DNA from: Escherichia coli
Lineage (GTDB): Bacteria > Pseudomonadota > Gammaproteobacteria > Enterobacterales > Enterobacteriaceae
Reading direction: 5' to 3' (one strand)
Assembly: GCF_003334815.1 (NCBI RefSeq)
Contig: NZ_QOWO01000025.1
Length of the DNA stretch: 64,000 nucleotides
The position numbers were made by a program, and so were the translations under genes. The stretch's first letter is position 1. The number at the start of each line of letters is the position of its first letter. Shown piece by piece: positions 44,928-56,921 of this stretch. Below the pieces are notes generated by a model. That model saw only the letters and a program-made list of their open reading frames with translations, had not been told where the DNA came from and ran no database searches.

Positions 44928-45631
44928 AGGTCGCTCACATCCTTAAGCGTTACCGGGCATTCAGACTGGACAGTTAATGGCTGCCAGGGAAGCGTGGCAT
45001 AGAAACGATCGCTTCCCGCTGCCAGCTCTTCGAACATACGACTCCCGGCGCTATCGTATTTGTACAGGGTTAGCGCCTCGCGTAGCGAAGTGTTGTCTTC
45101 GCACTGAGAAGATTGCCAGTAGAGACGTCCTAACGAATAGGCGGAAAAATAGTGCATCCAGCTGTGATAGTAATGGTGAGCTCGTACATAGACGCGCGAT
45201 TGCAGCCATAAACTCTCTTCTTCCGTCAGCCACTTGTTGAGCACACCGACCCGTGACAGAAACCCCATTCGAACATAATCCCAGGCTTTGATTCCCCCTT
45301 CCCCACAGCACATAGCGGTTTGGGCAACGAATTGGGTATAAATCAACCCTCTCTCCGAGCCACCAGCAATTAATGCTTTCCACTCTTCAGGGGAAGAGCG
45401 ATGCCATGTCAGATATAAGCCAGCTAAATCATTGGCATGACCATCATCAGTCATCTGATAAATAGTCTGAATTAAATCATCACGATTATTTATTCCCCAG
45501 GATGATGAGAGCTCGAATTCTTTTATCCCAGTATACATTTTTGGCGAGTCATGCGCGGGTTTGCAACCCTGATTAAGTATTTCCATGGGCGCAGAAAGCG
45601 CAAAAAGAAGATATTGTTCTTCCTTATTCAT
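44924..45631 (-). CDS. ybeU: DUF1266-like protein YbeU (235 aa)
   Basis: ORF paralogous to ybeR; 4-bp overlap (ATGA) with downstream djlC. Confidence 0.85.
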
Positions 45632-45732
45632 TTGTTAATAATCCCTTAAGTGCATTAACTGACTACTTTTTTATTATTGATGAGTATAAACTTGACGCTT
45701 TCAAAATAAAAAGAAAATCGAAGCATTCACAC

Positions 45733-46287
45733 ATGAATAAAAAATTAATGTATATATTCGCAATTTTTATAGTTGCAGCAATTACCTGTATTAGCCAACC
45801 CAAGAAAACGACGTTGCGTGATAAAGCCATGGTGAATTATGCCTTTGATTATTTAAGCTCACCGGGCAGTCTTCCATTCACCACGGCAGCCACGGAGCTT
45901 TCCGCGATTCATGGTCACTCAACGTCGCAATATCGCCTTGGAGAATTTTATCTTCATGGTAGCGACGGTAAACCACTGGATTATACACAGGCGAGATACT
46001 GGTATGAGCAATCAGCGGAACAGGAAAATCCACGCGCGCAAAGTAAACTGGGGTGGATCTACCTCAAAGGTCTGGGGGTCAAACCCGACACCCGTAAAGC
46101 AATTCTCTGGTATAAGGAAGCAGCTGAACAAGGGTATGCTCATGCTCAATATACTTTAGGTTTGATCTACAGAAATGGCTCAGGTATTAATGTTAACCAT
46201 TATGAATCTCAAAAATGGTTAAAACTGGCCGCCAAACAACATTACAAAAATGCGGAAAGATTACTTGCCGGGCTTCCCGCACATTAA
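45733..46287 (+). CDS. ybeT: Sel1-repeat protein YbeT with N-terminal signal/anchor (184 aa)
   Basis: Hydrophobic N-terminus [21 protein letters not shown], then Sel1/TPR-like repeats ([51 protein letters not shown]). Confidence 0.85.
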
Positions 46288-46296
46288 CGTCGACTG

Positions 46297-47724
46297 TCAC
46301 CCGAACAGATGGAGTATTTTCCCTATCAAACCAGCAAAGATAAAAATATAGAAAATAATTTTAATGATGCCCAGACAGCCTGGCCCACCATCGTCAACGG
46401 GCATTGGCTGCGGTTGCGGCTCCGGTTCAACAGTTTGCTTCTCGGTAAAATTCGCCGCCTGAATTAATAATCGACGAATAATTAATGCTTCCAGTGGACA
46501 ACGATTTTCTGCATCAAGGCGGCTCACAATCGGCATTAATGATTCTTCTGTAGGTTGGCAGGCCTGCACTAATTGTTTGGCAACTAGATATAATGGCCAT
46601 AAGGTATGTTCTGTATCACGCGTGAGTGAGATCCGCGGCTTACGTCCTTTGTGCAAAACCATCTCGACCAGTGAACGCCCCAGCGCAGAGAGTTTTTCAT
46701 CGCTGAGTATTTCGTATAAATGAAAACGCGTACGGGCGCTGTCGCCGGGGACATAAAGTAGCGGTTTTCCCTGATCGTTAACCAGATCACGCGCTTCAAT
46801 CATCATCACCAGTAATGGGTAATAATCGACCCGATGCTGACGGCACCATTGCAACATTAAAGCATCCGCCTGGGTGGAGGGATACTCGCGCCAGTAGTCA
46901 CAAAGTTCTGCCAACAGGCTTTCGCCTTCTCCACAATAGACGCGTTGCGCGTATTCATAATAAGGCGCATCTTCATTATCAGGTTCAGTTTCCCGCCATG
47001 ACTGGGCGTAATCCAGAAGTTCGGGGATATCCAGGCGACCTGCGCTATACCAGCGGAGTAAATTTCTGTGCAGTTTTGCATCATCGGGGATAATCACTGC
47101 GCGATGTTGCGCTAAATACAATGTCAGCCATTGTGGATGCGATGACCAAATCCGAGCGAACATTTGGTAAAAATCGATGGTGTCATTTTGCACGGCAACG
47201 GGCAGATGCAGAATGGTCTGGAAGTTAAAAACATTCCCCTTCGCAATGGCATATAAAAAGGATTCCAGTTCTTCTTCGTCTATTTCCCCGGTATTTTCCT
47301 CCTGTAACCACCGCAATCTTTCTGCTAATAACACCACGCACTCGAAGGATAAATGGGCAGTGTTCATGGCGATTGTGCACAGCGACCAGCGTAATTCATC
47401 AATCTCCTCCATCGAGCAATAATTTAATTGCTGAATGAATCGCTGCCAGGCGGAGGGCAGAAAACGTTCACTATCAGAGGCAAGTAACGCACGAAAGGCG
47501 AGCAGAATTTCATGTTCTGCTACCTCATATTCTTCTGGTTGCCAAACAGATTTAGCAGGCGACTGCGCAATCCGTAGCGCCTCCTCATACGCCTGACGAA
47601 GTTGTTTAAAACCCTGCGGATCGGTTTCTGGATGAAAGGACGGTAACAGCGCCAGATAAGCGCGGCGGATAATATCGACGTCAGTCGTTTCCTCTATATC
47701 GAGGATCTTCCAGCAATTTTTCAT
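46297..47724 (-). CDS. djlB: Membrane-anchored J-domain co-chaperone DjlB (475 aa)
   Basis: Paralog of DjlC (alignable along full length); J-domain-like N-terminus ([19 protein letters not shown]); C-terminal hydrophobic anchor. Confidence 0.88.
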
Positions 47725-48428
47725 AGGTCGCTCATATCCTTAAGCGTTTCCGGGCATGCAGAATAGTAAGCCAATGGTTGCCAGGACAAGGTAGGGTAAT
47801 ACGCATCATCACTGGCAAATAATTGATAAAACATATCATTGCCGGAATCGTCGTATTCTTTACGCGCTAAGAATTCGCGTAATAAAGGCAGATGATCATC
47901 TTCGGGAGACTGCCAATATTGCCGACCAAAGGTATAACCGGCAAAGTATTGCCGCCAGTTACTATAATAACGTAGAGCCCGTAGATGAATGCGCGACTGG
48001 ATCCATAGACTTTCTTCTTCGCTCAACCAGTTATTAAGTACGCCCATTCGGCTTAAAAAACCCATCCGGACATAATCCCAGGCTTTGATTCCCCCTTCGC
48101 CACAGCATTCGGCGGTGCTGGCGACAAATTGCGCATAAGCCTGACCTTGCTCATTTAGTTCAGCAAGATAGTCACGCCATTCACATGGCGAATAACGAAA
48201 CCAGCGGTGATAAAACCCTGCCAACCGAGCGGCATGACCGTTATCGATCATTCGGTGAATTGTGCGCAGCAGGTCATCACGGTCATCAATTCCCCATGAG
48301 GAAGAAAGGTCAAAAAAGCATGTACCTAAATACATTTTGGGTGATGAATGCGAAGGTAAACAGCATTCATTGCGTATTTCCATCGGAGTGGAAAGTGCAA
48401 ACAATATTTTTTGCGACTCCATGTCCAT
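47721..48428 (-). CDS. ybeR: DUF1266-like protein YbeR (235 aa)
   Basis: Paralog of YbeU; 4-bp overlap with djlB. Confidence 0.85.
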
Positions 48429-48591
48429 ATAATTTATCCTTAAATATTCATTAAATGAATATTAGCCGCATTGCGAGGCTCGTTTATTTATACTTTTCTG
48501 ACGCGACATAATACGCATAAAATAAGGCTTACGCAAAAATGGAACACATAAAAATATAATATGTTTTATCTGCAACCATAAGGAAATGATA

Positions 48592-49569
48592 ATGATTTTC
48601 ACGTCAAGTTGCTGCGATAATTTATCAATAGATGAGATTATCGAACGTGCTGAAAAAGGCGATTGCGAGGCTCAATATATTGTTGGGTTTTATTATAATC
48701 GCGATAGCGCAATTGATTCTCCGGACGACGAAAAAGCCTTTTACTGGCTGAAGCTGGCCGCTGAGCAAGGTCATTGTGAAGCACAGTATTCCTTAGGGCA
48801 AAAGTATACCGAGGATAAAAGCCGTCATAAAGATAATGAGCAAGCCATCTTCTGGCTGAAAAAAGCTGCCCTACAAGGCCATACTTTCGCTTCCAACGCC
48901 CTTGGCTGGACACTGGATCGTGGAGAAGCCCCCAATTATAAAGAAGCGGTTGTCTGGTATCAGATAGCCGCGGAGAGCGGAATGTCTTATGCGCAAAATA
49001 ATCTTGGGTGGATGTACAGAAATGGCAACGGAGTCGCAAAAGACTATGCGCTGGCATTTTTCTGGTACAAACAAGCTGCATTACAAGGCCATAGTGACGC
49101 GCAAAACAATCTGGCCGATCTTTATGAAGACGGAAAAGGCGTTGCTCAAAACAAGACACTCGCCGCATTCTGGTATTTGAAAAGCGCACAGCAGGGTAAT
49201 CGGCACGCCCAGTTTCAAATTGCATGGGATTATAACGCTGGCGAAGGGGTGGACCAGGACTATAAGCAAGCGATGTACTGGTATCTGAAGGCTGCCGCTC
49301 AGGGGAGCGTCGGCGCTTACGTCAACATCGGTTATATGTATAAACACGGACAAGGCGTTGAGAAAGATTATCAGGCTGCCTTTGAATGGTTTACGAAAGC
49401 CGCTGAATGCAATGACGCCACTGCCTGGTATAACCTGGCCATTATGTATCACTACGGAGAAGGAAGACCTGTCGATCTCCGACAGGCTCTCGACCTGTAT
49501 CGTAAAGTTCAGTCATCCGGAACCAGAGATGTCAGTCAGGAAATTCGTGAGACTGAAGATTTACTGTAG
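48592..49569 (+). CDS. ybeQ: Sel1-repeat protein YbeQ (325 aa)
   Basis: ORF 48586..49569 (start choice among MIM); about eight tandem Sel1 repeats (AQ(Y/N)xLGxxYxxGxGVxxDxxxAxxWYxKAAxQG). Confidence 0.85.
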   Translation: MIFTSSCCDNLSIDEIIERAEKGDCEAQYIVGFYYNRDSAIDSPDDEKAFYWLKLAAEQGHCEAQYSLGQKYTEDKSRHKDNEQAIFWLKKAALQGHTFASNALGWTLDRGEAPNYKEAVVWYQIAAESGMSYAQNNLGWMYRNGNGVAKDYALAFFWYKQAALQGHSDAQNNLADLYEDGKGVAQNKTLAAFWYLKSAQQGNRHAQFQIAWDYNAGEGVDQDYKQAMYWYLKAAAQGSVGAYVNIGYMYKHGQGVEKDYQAAFEWFTKAAECNDATAWYNLAIMYHYGEGRPVDLRQALDLYRKVQSSGTRDVSQEIRETEDLL

Positions 49570-49638
49570 AGATAAAAACAAGGGCCGGGGAATTTCATTC
49601 GGCCCATATTCTCTTTATTGCTGTGCGAAATCAGACTA

Positions 49639-50121
49639 TTACGGCTCAAACGGGCGTCTCTGGAACTGGTCATGACCACATTTCGGGCATAGCGTCAGCA
49701 CTTCCGGTGTGTAGATCGGGAGATGGAAGTGACATTTCTCGCAGACCAGATTTCCCAGCCCGACCACTTCTCCGCTGTGATAAACCCCATGATGATTGAG
49801 GTCCTGGAAAACTTCGCGCCATTCAAGCTGCGTTTTATCGGTGATGTCTGCCAGCTCCTGCCACAAGCTTTCTTTAATCACCCGCATAAAGACGCTGTCA
49901 GATTCTTCTTTCAGGCTCTCTTCATAGCTCATGGCGAACTCTTCCAGGTCACGTCTGACAGCTCGCGTCAGCTCATCGACCTCGGTTCGCGTTAACTCCC
50001 CTGTTTTTATTACGCGCTCGCGCGCCTGTTCCACCAGTGCGTCGATATCACGTTCGCCATTGCGCAGGCGTTCGCTCAGTGACGCAACCAGTTCACGGTA
50101 ATATTGAGCAACCTTGTTCAT
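49639..50121 (-). CDS. ybeL: DUF1451 zinc-ribbon protein YbeL (160 aa)
   Basis: ORF with C-terminal CxxC...CxxC (CEKCHF...CPKCGH); divergent from leuS. Confidence 0.8.
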   Translation of the reverse strand: MNKVAQYYRELVASLSERLRNGERDIDALVEQARERVIKTGELTRTEVDELTRAVRRDLEEFAMSYEESLKEESDSVFMRVIKESLWQELADITDKTQLEWREVFQDLNHHGVYHSGEVVGLGNLVCEKCHFHLPIYTPEVLTLCPKCGHDQFQRRPFEP

Positions 50122-50355
50122 CGTTTCATCTCCCGGGTCGTTAACTGACTATAATAATAGACGTTCTTTGTTCCTTGCTTTGCTAATACGCCCACAAACT
50201 CTGTAAATTAATGTATGAATAATCCGGGCATCATTTCAACGTCGAGTGCGCGAAAGGCTGTTTTGACGCGGACGTTTGGGCTATGCTATGCGGATCTGAA
50301 AAACCACCTCAACGCTACATTTGTAGCCGTATTGAAAACAGGACCACTGGCTGCC

Positions 50356-52938
50356 ATGCAAGAGCAATACCGCCCGGAAGAGATAGAATCCAAAGTACAG
50401 CTTCATTGGGATGAGAAGCGCACATTTGAAGTAACCGAAGACGAGAGCAAAGAGAAGTATTACTGCCTGTCTATGCTTCCCTATCCTTCTGGTCGACTAC
50501 ACATGGGCCACGTACGTAACTACACCATCGGTGACGTGATCGCCCGCTACCAGCGTATGCTGGGCAAAAACGTCCTGCAGCCGATCGGCTGGGACGCGTT
50601 TGGTCTGCCTGCGGAAGGCGCGGCGGTGAAAAACAACACCGCTCCGGCACCGTGGACGTACGACAACATCGCGTATATGAAAAACCAGCTCAAAATGCTG
50701 GGCTTTGGTTATGACTGGAGCCGCGAGCTGGCAACCTGTACGCCGGAATACTACCGTTGGGAACAGAAATTCTTCACCGAGCTGTATAAAAAAGGCCTGG
50801 TATATAAGAAGACTTCTGCGGTCAACTGGTGCCCGAACGACCAGACCGTACTGGCGAACGAACAAGTTATCGACGGCTGCTGCTGGCGCTGCGATACCAA
50901 AGTTGAACGTAAAGAGATCCCGCAGTGGTTTATCAAAATCACTGCTTACGCTGACGAGCTGCTCAACGATCTGGATAAACTGGATCACTGGCCAGACACC
51001 GTTAAAACCATGCAGCGTAACTGGATCGGTCGTTCCGAAGGCGTGGAGATCACCTTCAACGTTAACGACTATGACAACACGCTGACCGTTTACACTACCC
51101 GCCCGGACACCTTTATGGGTTGTACCTACCTGGCGGTAGCTGCGGGTCATCCGCTGGCGCAGAAAGCGGCGGAAAATAATCCTGAACTGGCGGCCTTTAT
51201 TGACGAATGCCGTAACACCAAAGTTGCCGAAGCTGAAATGGCGACGATGGAGAAAAAAGGCGTCGATACTGGCTTTAAAGCGGTTCACCCATTAACGGGC
51301 GAAGAAATTCCCGTTTGGGCAGCAAACTTCGTATTGATGGAGTACGGCACGGGCGCAGTTATGGCGGTACCGGGGCACGACCAGCGCGACTACGAGTTTG
51401 CCTCTAAATACGGCCTGAACATCAAACCGGTTATCCTGGCAGCTGACGGCTCTGAGCCAGATCTTTCTCAGCAAGCCCTGACTGAAAAAGGCGTGCTGTT
51501 CAACTCTGGCGAGTTCAACGGTCTTGACCATGAAGCGGCCTTCAACGCCATCGCCGATAAACTGACTGCGATGGGCGTTGGCGAGCGTAAAGTGAACTAC
51601 CGCCTGCGCGACTGGGGTGTTTCCCGTCAGCGTTACTGGGGCGCGCCGATTCCGATGGTGACGCTGGAAGACGGTACCGTAATGCCGACCCCGGACGACC
51701 AGCTGCCGGTGATCCTGCCGGAAGATGTGGTAATGGACGGCATTACCAGCCCGATTAAAGCAGATCCGGAGTGGGCGAAAACTACCGTTAACGGTATGCC
51801 AGCACTGCGTGAAACCGACACTTTCGACACCTTTATGGAGTCCTCCTGGTACTATGCGCGCTACACTTGCCCGCAGTACAAAGAAGGTATGCTGGATTCC
51901 GAAGCGGCTAACTACTGGCTGCCGGTGGATATCTACATTGGTGGTATTGAACACGCCATTATGCACCTGCTCTACTTCCGCTTCTTCCACAAACTGATGC
52001 GTGATGCAGGCATGGTGAACTCTGACGAACCAGCGAAACAGTTGCTGTGTCAGGGTATGGTGCTGGCAGATGCCTTCTACTATGTTGGCGAAAACGGCGA
52101 ACGTAACTGGGTTTCCCCGGTTGATGCTATCGTTGAACGTGACGAGAAAGGCCGTATCGTGAAAGCGAAAGATGCGGCAGGCCATGAACTGGTTTATACC
52201 GGCATGAGCAAAATGTCCAAGTCGAAGAACAACGGTATCGACCCGCAGGTGATGGTTGAACGTTACGGCGCGGACACCGTTCGTCTGTTTATGATGTTTG
52301 CTTCTCCGGCTGATATGACTCTCGAATGGCAGGAATCCGGTGTGGAAGGGGCTAACCGCTTCCTGAAACGTGTCTGGAAACTGGTTTACGAGCACACAGC
52401 AAAAGGTGATGTTGCGGCACTGAACGTTGATGCGCTGACTGAAAATCAGAAAGCGCTGCGTCGCGATGTGCATAAAACGATCGCTAAAGTGACCGATGAT
52501 ATCGGCCGTCGTCAGACCTTCAACACCGCAATTGCGGCGATTATGGAGCTGATGAACAAACTGGCGAAAGCACCAACCGATGGCGAGCAGGATCGCGCTC
52601 TGATGCAGGAAGCACTGCTGGCCGTTGTCCGTATGCTTAACCCGTTCACCCCGCACATCTGCTTCACGCTGTGGCAGGAACTGAAAGGCGAAGGCGATAT
52701 CGACAACGCGCCGTGGCCGGTTGCTGACGAAAAAGCGATGGTGGAAGACTCCACGCTGGTCGTGGTGCAGGTTAACGGTAAAGTCCGTGCCAAAATCACC
52801 GTTCCGGTGGACGCAACGGAAGAACAGGTTCGCGAACGTGCTGGCCAGGAACATCTGGTAGCAAAATATCTTGATGGCGTTACTGTACGTAAAGTGATTT
52901 ACGTACCAGGTAAACTCCTCAATCTGGTCGTTGGCTAA
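50356..52938 (+). CDS. leuS: Leucyl-tRNA synthetase (860 aa)
   Basis: ORF 50215..52938 trimmed to [18 protein letters not shown]; class I HMGH and KMSKS motifs. Confidence 0.96.
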
Positions 52939-52952
52939 GCGCGGGAGGAAGC

Positions 52953-53534
52953 GTGCGATATCTGGCAACATTGTTGTTATCTCTGGCGGTGTTAATCACC
53001 GCCGGGTGTGGCTGGCATCTGCGTGATACCACGCAGGTTCCTTCCACTATGAAGGTCATGATCCTGGACTCAGGCGATCCGAACGGGCCATTAAGCCGTG
53101 CGGTGCGTAACCAGTTACGTCTGAATGGTGTCGAGTTGCTTGATAAAGAAACCACGCGTAAGGACGTTCCATCCTTGCGTTTGGGTAAAGTGAGCATCGC
53201 GAAAGATACCGCATCGGTATTCCGTAACGGTCAAACAGCAGAGTATCAGATGATCATGACGGTTAATGCGACCGTGTTGATCCCCGGCCGTGATATCTAC
53301 CCGATTAGCGCCAAAGTCTTCCGTTCGTTCTTCGATAACCCGCAAATGGCGTTAGCGAAAGATAACGAACAAGACATGATCGTAAAAGAGATGTACGACC
53401 GTGCTGCCGAACAGCTGATTCGTAAGCTGCCAAGCATCCGTGCTGCGGATATTCGTTCCGACGAAGAACAGACGTCGACCACAACGGATACTCCGGCAAC
53501 GCCTGCACGCGTCTCCACCACGCTGGGTAACTGA
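52953..53534 (+). CDS. lptE: LPS-assembly lipoprotein LptE (193 aa)
   Basis: [26 protein letters not shown] with lipobox. Confidence 0.93.
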
Positions 53535-54565
53535 TGATTCGGTTGTACCCGGAACAACTCCGCGCGCAGCTCAATGAAGGGCTGCGCGCGGCGTATCTTT
53601 TACTTGGTAACGATCCTCTGTTATTGCAGGAAAGCCAGGACGCTGTTCGTCAGGTAGCTGCGGCACAAGGATTCGAAGAACACCACACTTTTTCCATTGA
53701 TCCCAACACTGACTGGAATGCGATCTTTTCGTTATGCCAGGCTATGAGTCTGTTTGCCAGTCGACAAACGCTATTGCTGTTGTTACCAGAAAACGGACCG
53801 AATGCGGCGATCAATGAGCAACTTCTCACACTCACCGGACTTCTGCATGACGACCTGCTGTTGATCGTCCGCGGTAATAAATTAAGCAAAGCGCAAGAAA
53901 ATGCCGCCTGGTTTACTGCGCTTGCGAATCGCAGCGTGCAGGTGACCTGTCAGACACCGGAGCAGGCTCAGCTTCCCCGCTGGGTTGCTGCGCGCGCAAA
54001 ACAGCTCAACTTAGAACTGGATGACGCGGCAAATCAGGTGCTCTGCTACTGTTATGAAGGTAACCTGCTGGCGCTGGCTCAGGCACTGGAGCGTTTATCG
54101 CTGCTCTGGCCAGACGGCAAATTGACATTACCGCGCGTTGAACAGGCGGTGAATGATGCCGCGCATTTCACCCCTTTTCATTGGGTTGATGCTTTGTTGA
54201 TGGGAAAAAGTAAGCGCGCATTGCATATTCTTCAGCAACTGCGTCTGGAAGGCAGCGAACCGGTTATTTTGTTGCGCACATTACAACGTGAACTGTTGTT
54301 ACTGGTTAACCTGAAACGCCAGTCTGCCCATACGCCACTGCGTGCGTTGTTTGATAAGCATCGGGTATGGCAGAACCGCCGGGGCATGATGGGCGAGGCG
54401 TTAAATCGCTTAAGTCAGACGCAGTTACGTCAGGCCGTGCAACTCCTGACACGAACGGAACTCACCCTCAAACAAGATTACGGTCAGTCAGTGTGGGCAG
54501 AGCTGGAAGGGTTATCTCTTCTGTTGTGCCATAAACCCCTGGCGGACGTATTTATCGACGGTTGA
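53534..54565 (+). CDS. holA: DNA polymerase III delta subunit (343 aa)
   Basis: [34 protein letters not shown]; start overlaps lptE stop. Confidence 0.94.
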
Positions 54566-54566
54566 T

Positions 54567-55208
54567 ATGAAATCTTTACAGGCTCTGTTTGGCGGCACCT
54601 TTGATCCGGTGCACTATGGTCATCTAAAACCCGTGGAAACGCTGGCGAATTTGATTGGTCTGACGCGGGTCACAATCATCCCTAATAATGTTCCTCCGCA
54701 TCGTCCCCAGCCGGAAGCGAACAGCGTGCAGCGTAAACACATGCTTGAACTGGCGATTGCCGACAAGCCATTATTTACTCTTGATGAACGCGAGCTAAAG
54801 CGCAATGCCCCCTCTTACACTGCGCAAACACTGAAAGAGTGGCGGCAGGAACAAGGACCGGACGTGCCGCTGGCGTTTATTATTGGTCAGGATTCACTGC
54901 TGACCTTTCCGACCTGGTACGAATACGAAACGATACTCGACAATGCACATTTGATCGTCTGTCGGCGTCCAGGTTACCCACTTGAAATGGCGCAACCGCA
55001 ATACCAGCAATGGCTGGAAGATCATTTGACACATAACCCGGAAGATCTTCACCTTCAGCCTGCCGGTAAAATTTATCTGGCTGAAACGCCGTGGTTTAAC
55101 ATCTCGGCGACCATCATCCGCGAACGTTTGCAAAACGGTGAATCATGTGAGGATTTATTGCCGGAACCGGTACTGACTTACATTAACCAACAAGGCTTGT
55201 ATCGCTGA
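54567..55208 (+). CDS. nadD: Nicotinate-nucleotide adenylyltransferase (213 aa)
   Basis: [23 protein letters not shown] (nucleotidyltransferase HxGH motif). Confidence 0.95.
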
Positions 55209-55231
55209 TACCTGTCGTTACGGAGGGCATG

Positions 55232-55843
55232 ATGCGACTGTGGTTAATTCGTCATGGTGAAACGCAAGCGAATATCGATGGTCTTTACAGCGGTCATGCG
55301 CCCACCCCCCTGACCGCGCGCGGTATTGAGCAAGCGCAAAATCTGCATACGCTGCTACATGGTGTTTCCTTTGATCTGGTTTTATGCAGTGAACTGGAAC
55401 GGGCACAGCATACCGCGCGACTGGTTCTCAGTGACCGCCAGCTCCCCGTGCAAATCATACCTGAACTCAACGAAATGTTTTTTGGCGACTGGGAGATGCG
55501 ACATCATCGCGACCTCATGCAAGAAGATGCCGAAAACTATAGCGCGTGGTGCAATGACTGGCAGCATGCAATCCCCACGAACGGTGAAGGATTTCAGGCA
55601 TTTTCGCAACGTGTGGAACGCTTTATCGCAAGGCTTAGTGAATTTCAGCACTATCAGAATATTTTAGTCGTCAGCCATCAGGGTGTACTGAGTCTGTTAA
55701 TCGCCCGTTTAATTGGCATGCCTGCCGAGGCTATGTGGCATTTTCGCGTTGACCAGGGGTGTTGGAGCGCCATTGATATCAACCAAAAATTCGCGACGCT
55801 ACGCGTCCTCAATAGCCGTGCCATCGGGGTCGAGAATGCATGA
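55232..55843 (+). CDS. cobC: Histidine-phosphatase family alpha-ribazole phosphatase (203 aa)
   Basis: ORF MRLWLIRHGETQANIDG (RHG catalytic motif). Confidence 0.92.
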   Translation: MRLWLIRHGETQANIDGLYSGHAPTPLTARGIEQAQNLHTLLHGVSFDLVLCSELERAQHTARLVLSDRQLPVQIIPELNEMFFGDWEMRHHRDLMQEDAENYSAWCNDWQHAIPTNGEGFQAFSQRVERFIARLSEFQHYQNILVVSHQGVLSLLIARLIGMPAEAMWHFRVDQGCWSAIDINQKFATLRVLNSRAIGVENA

Positions 55844-56084
55844 CTTTTCTGTTTTTTTACGGGTAAGCCGCAACGACCATTGACAGACCCGGGCAGGCTG
55901 ATATTCTCCGCAGCCAGACTTTTTCCGCCAGACACGACTTTGTAGAAATTGTTTTACAAAAATGGCGATGCAATCTGCGGCGCGGGGTGGGATGATAGCC
56001 CACTTTCGAAAGCCGATTCGGCGACAATTGTCCCGAAATCGCCTCTGGTTCAGGTATACTGACAGACCATTTTTATCTATTTGA

Positions 56085-56420
<336 letters not shown>

Positions 56421-56423
56421 TGC

Positions 56424-56891
56424 GTGAAGCTGCAACTTGTCGCCGTGGGAACGAAAATGCCGGACTGGGTACAAACCGGTTTTACCGAGTACCTGCGTCG
56501 TTTTCCGAAAGATATGCCCTTCGAGCTGATTGAAATTCCGGCCGGAAAACGCGGCAAGAATGCGGACATCAAGCGCATACTCGACAAAGAGGGTGAGCAG
56601 ATGTTGGCGGCCGCAGGCAAAAACCGCATTGTCACCCTCGATATTCCAGGCAAGCCCTGGGATACGCCGCAGTTAGCCGCTGAGCTGGAACGCTGGAAGC
56701 TGGATGGTCGCGACGTCAGTCTACTGATTGGCGGGCCTGAAGGGTTGTCGCCTGCCTGTAAAGCGGCGGCTGAGCAGAGCTGGTCGCTGTCGGCGCTTAC
56801 CCTCCCCCATCCGCTGGTTCGCGTGCTGGTCGCAGAGAGTCTGTACCGGGCGTGGAGCATCACCACCAACCATCCTTATCACCGTGAGTGA
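56424..56891 (+). CDS. rlmH: 23S rRNA m3-pseudouridine1915 methyltransferase RlmH (155 aa)
   Basis: ORF begins at GTG; SPOUT-fold [16 protein letters not shown]. Confidence 0.93.
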
Positions 56892-56921
56892 TAAGGGAGC
56901 TTTGAGTAGAAAACGCAGCGG

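Noticed and set aside
50215-50355. 47-codon N-terminal extension of leuS suggested by the ORF track
   Set aside because: Known LeuS N-terminus (MQEQYRPEE) begins at 50356; the extension is not conserved and reads through the promoter region
51292-52971. 559-aa minus-strand ORF overlapping leuS and the lptE start
   Set aside because: Antisense to leuS; long open frames on the opposite strand of highly expressed, codon-biased genes are common artefacts
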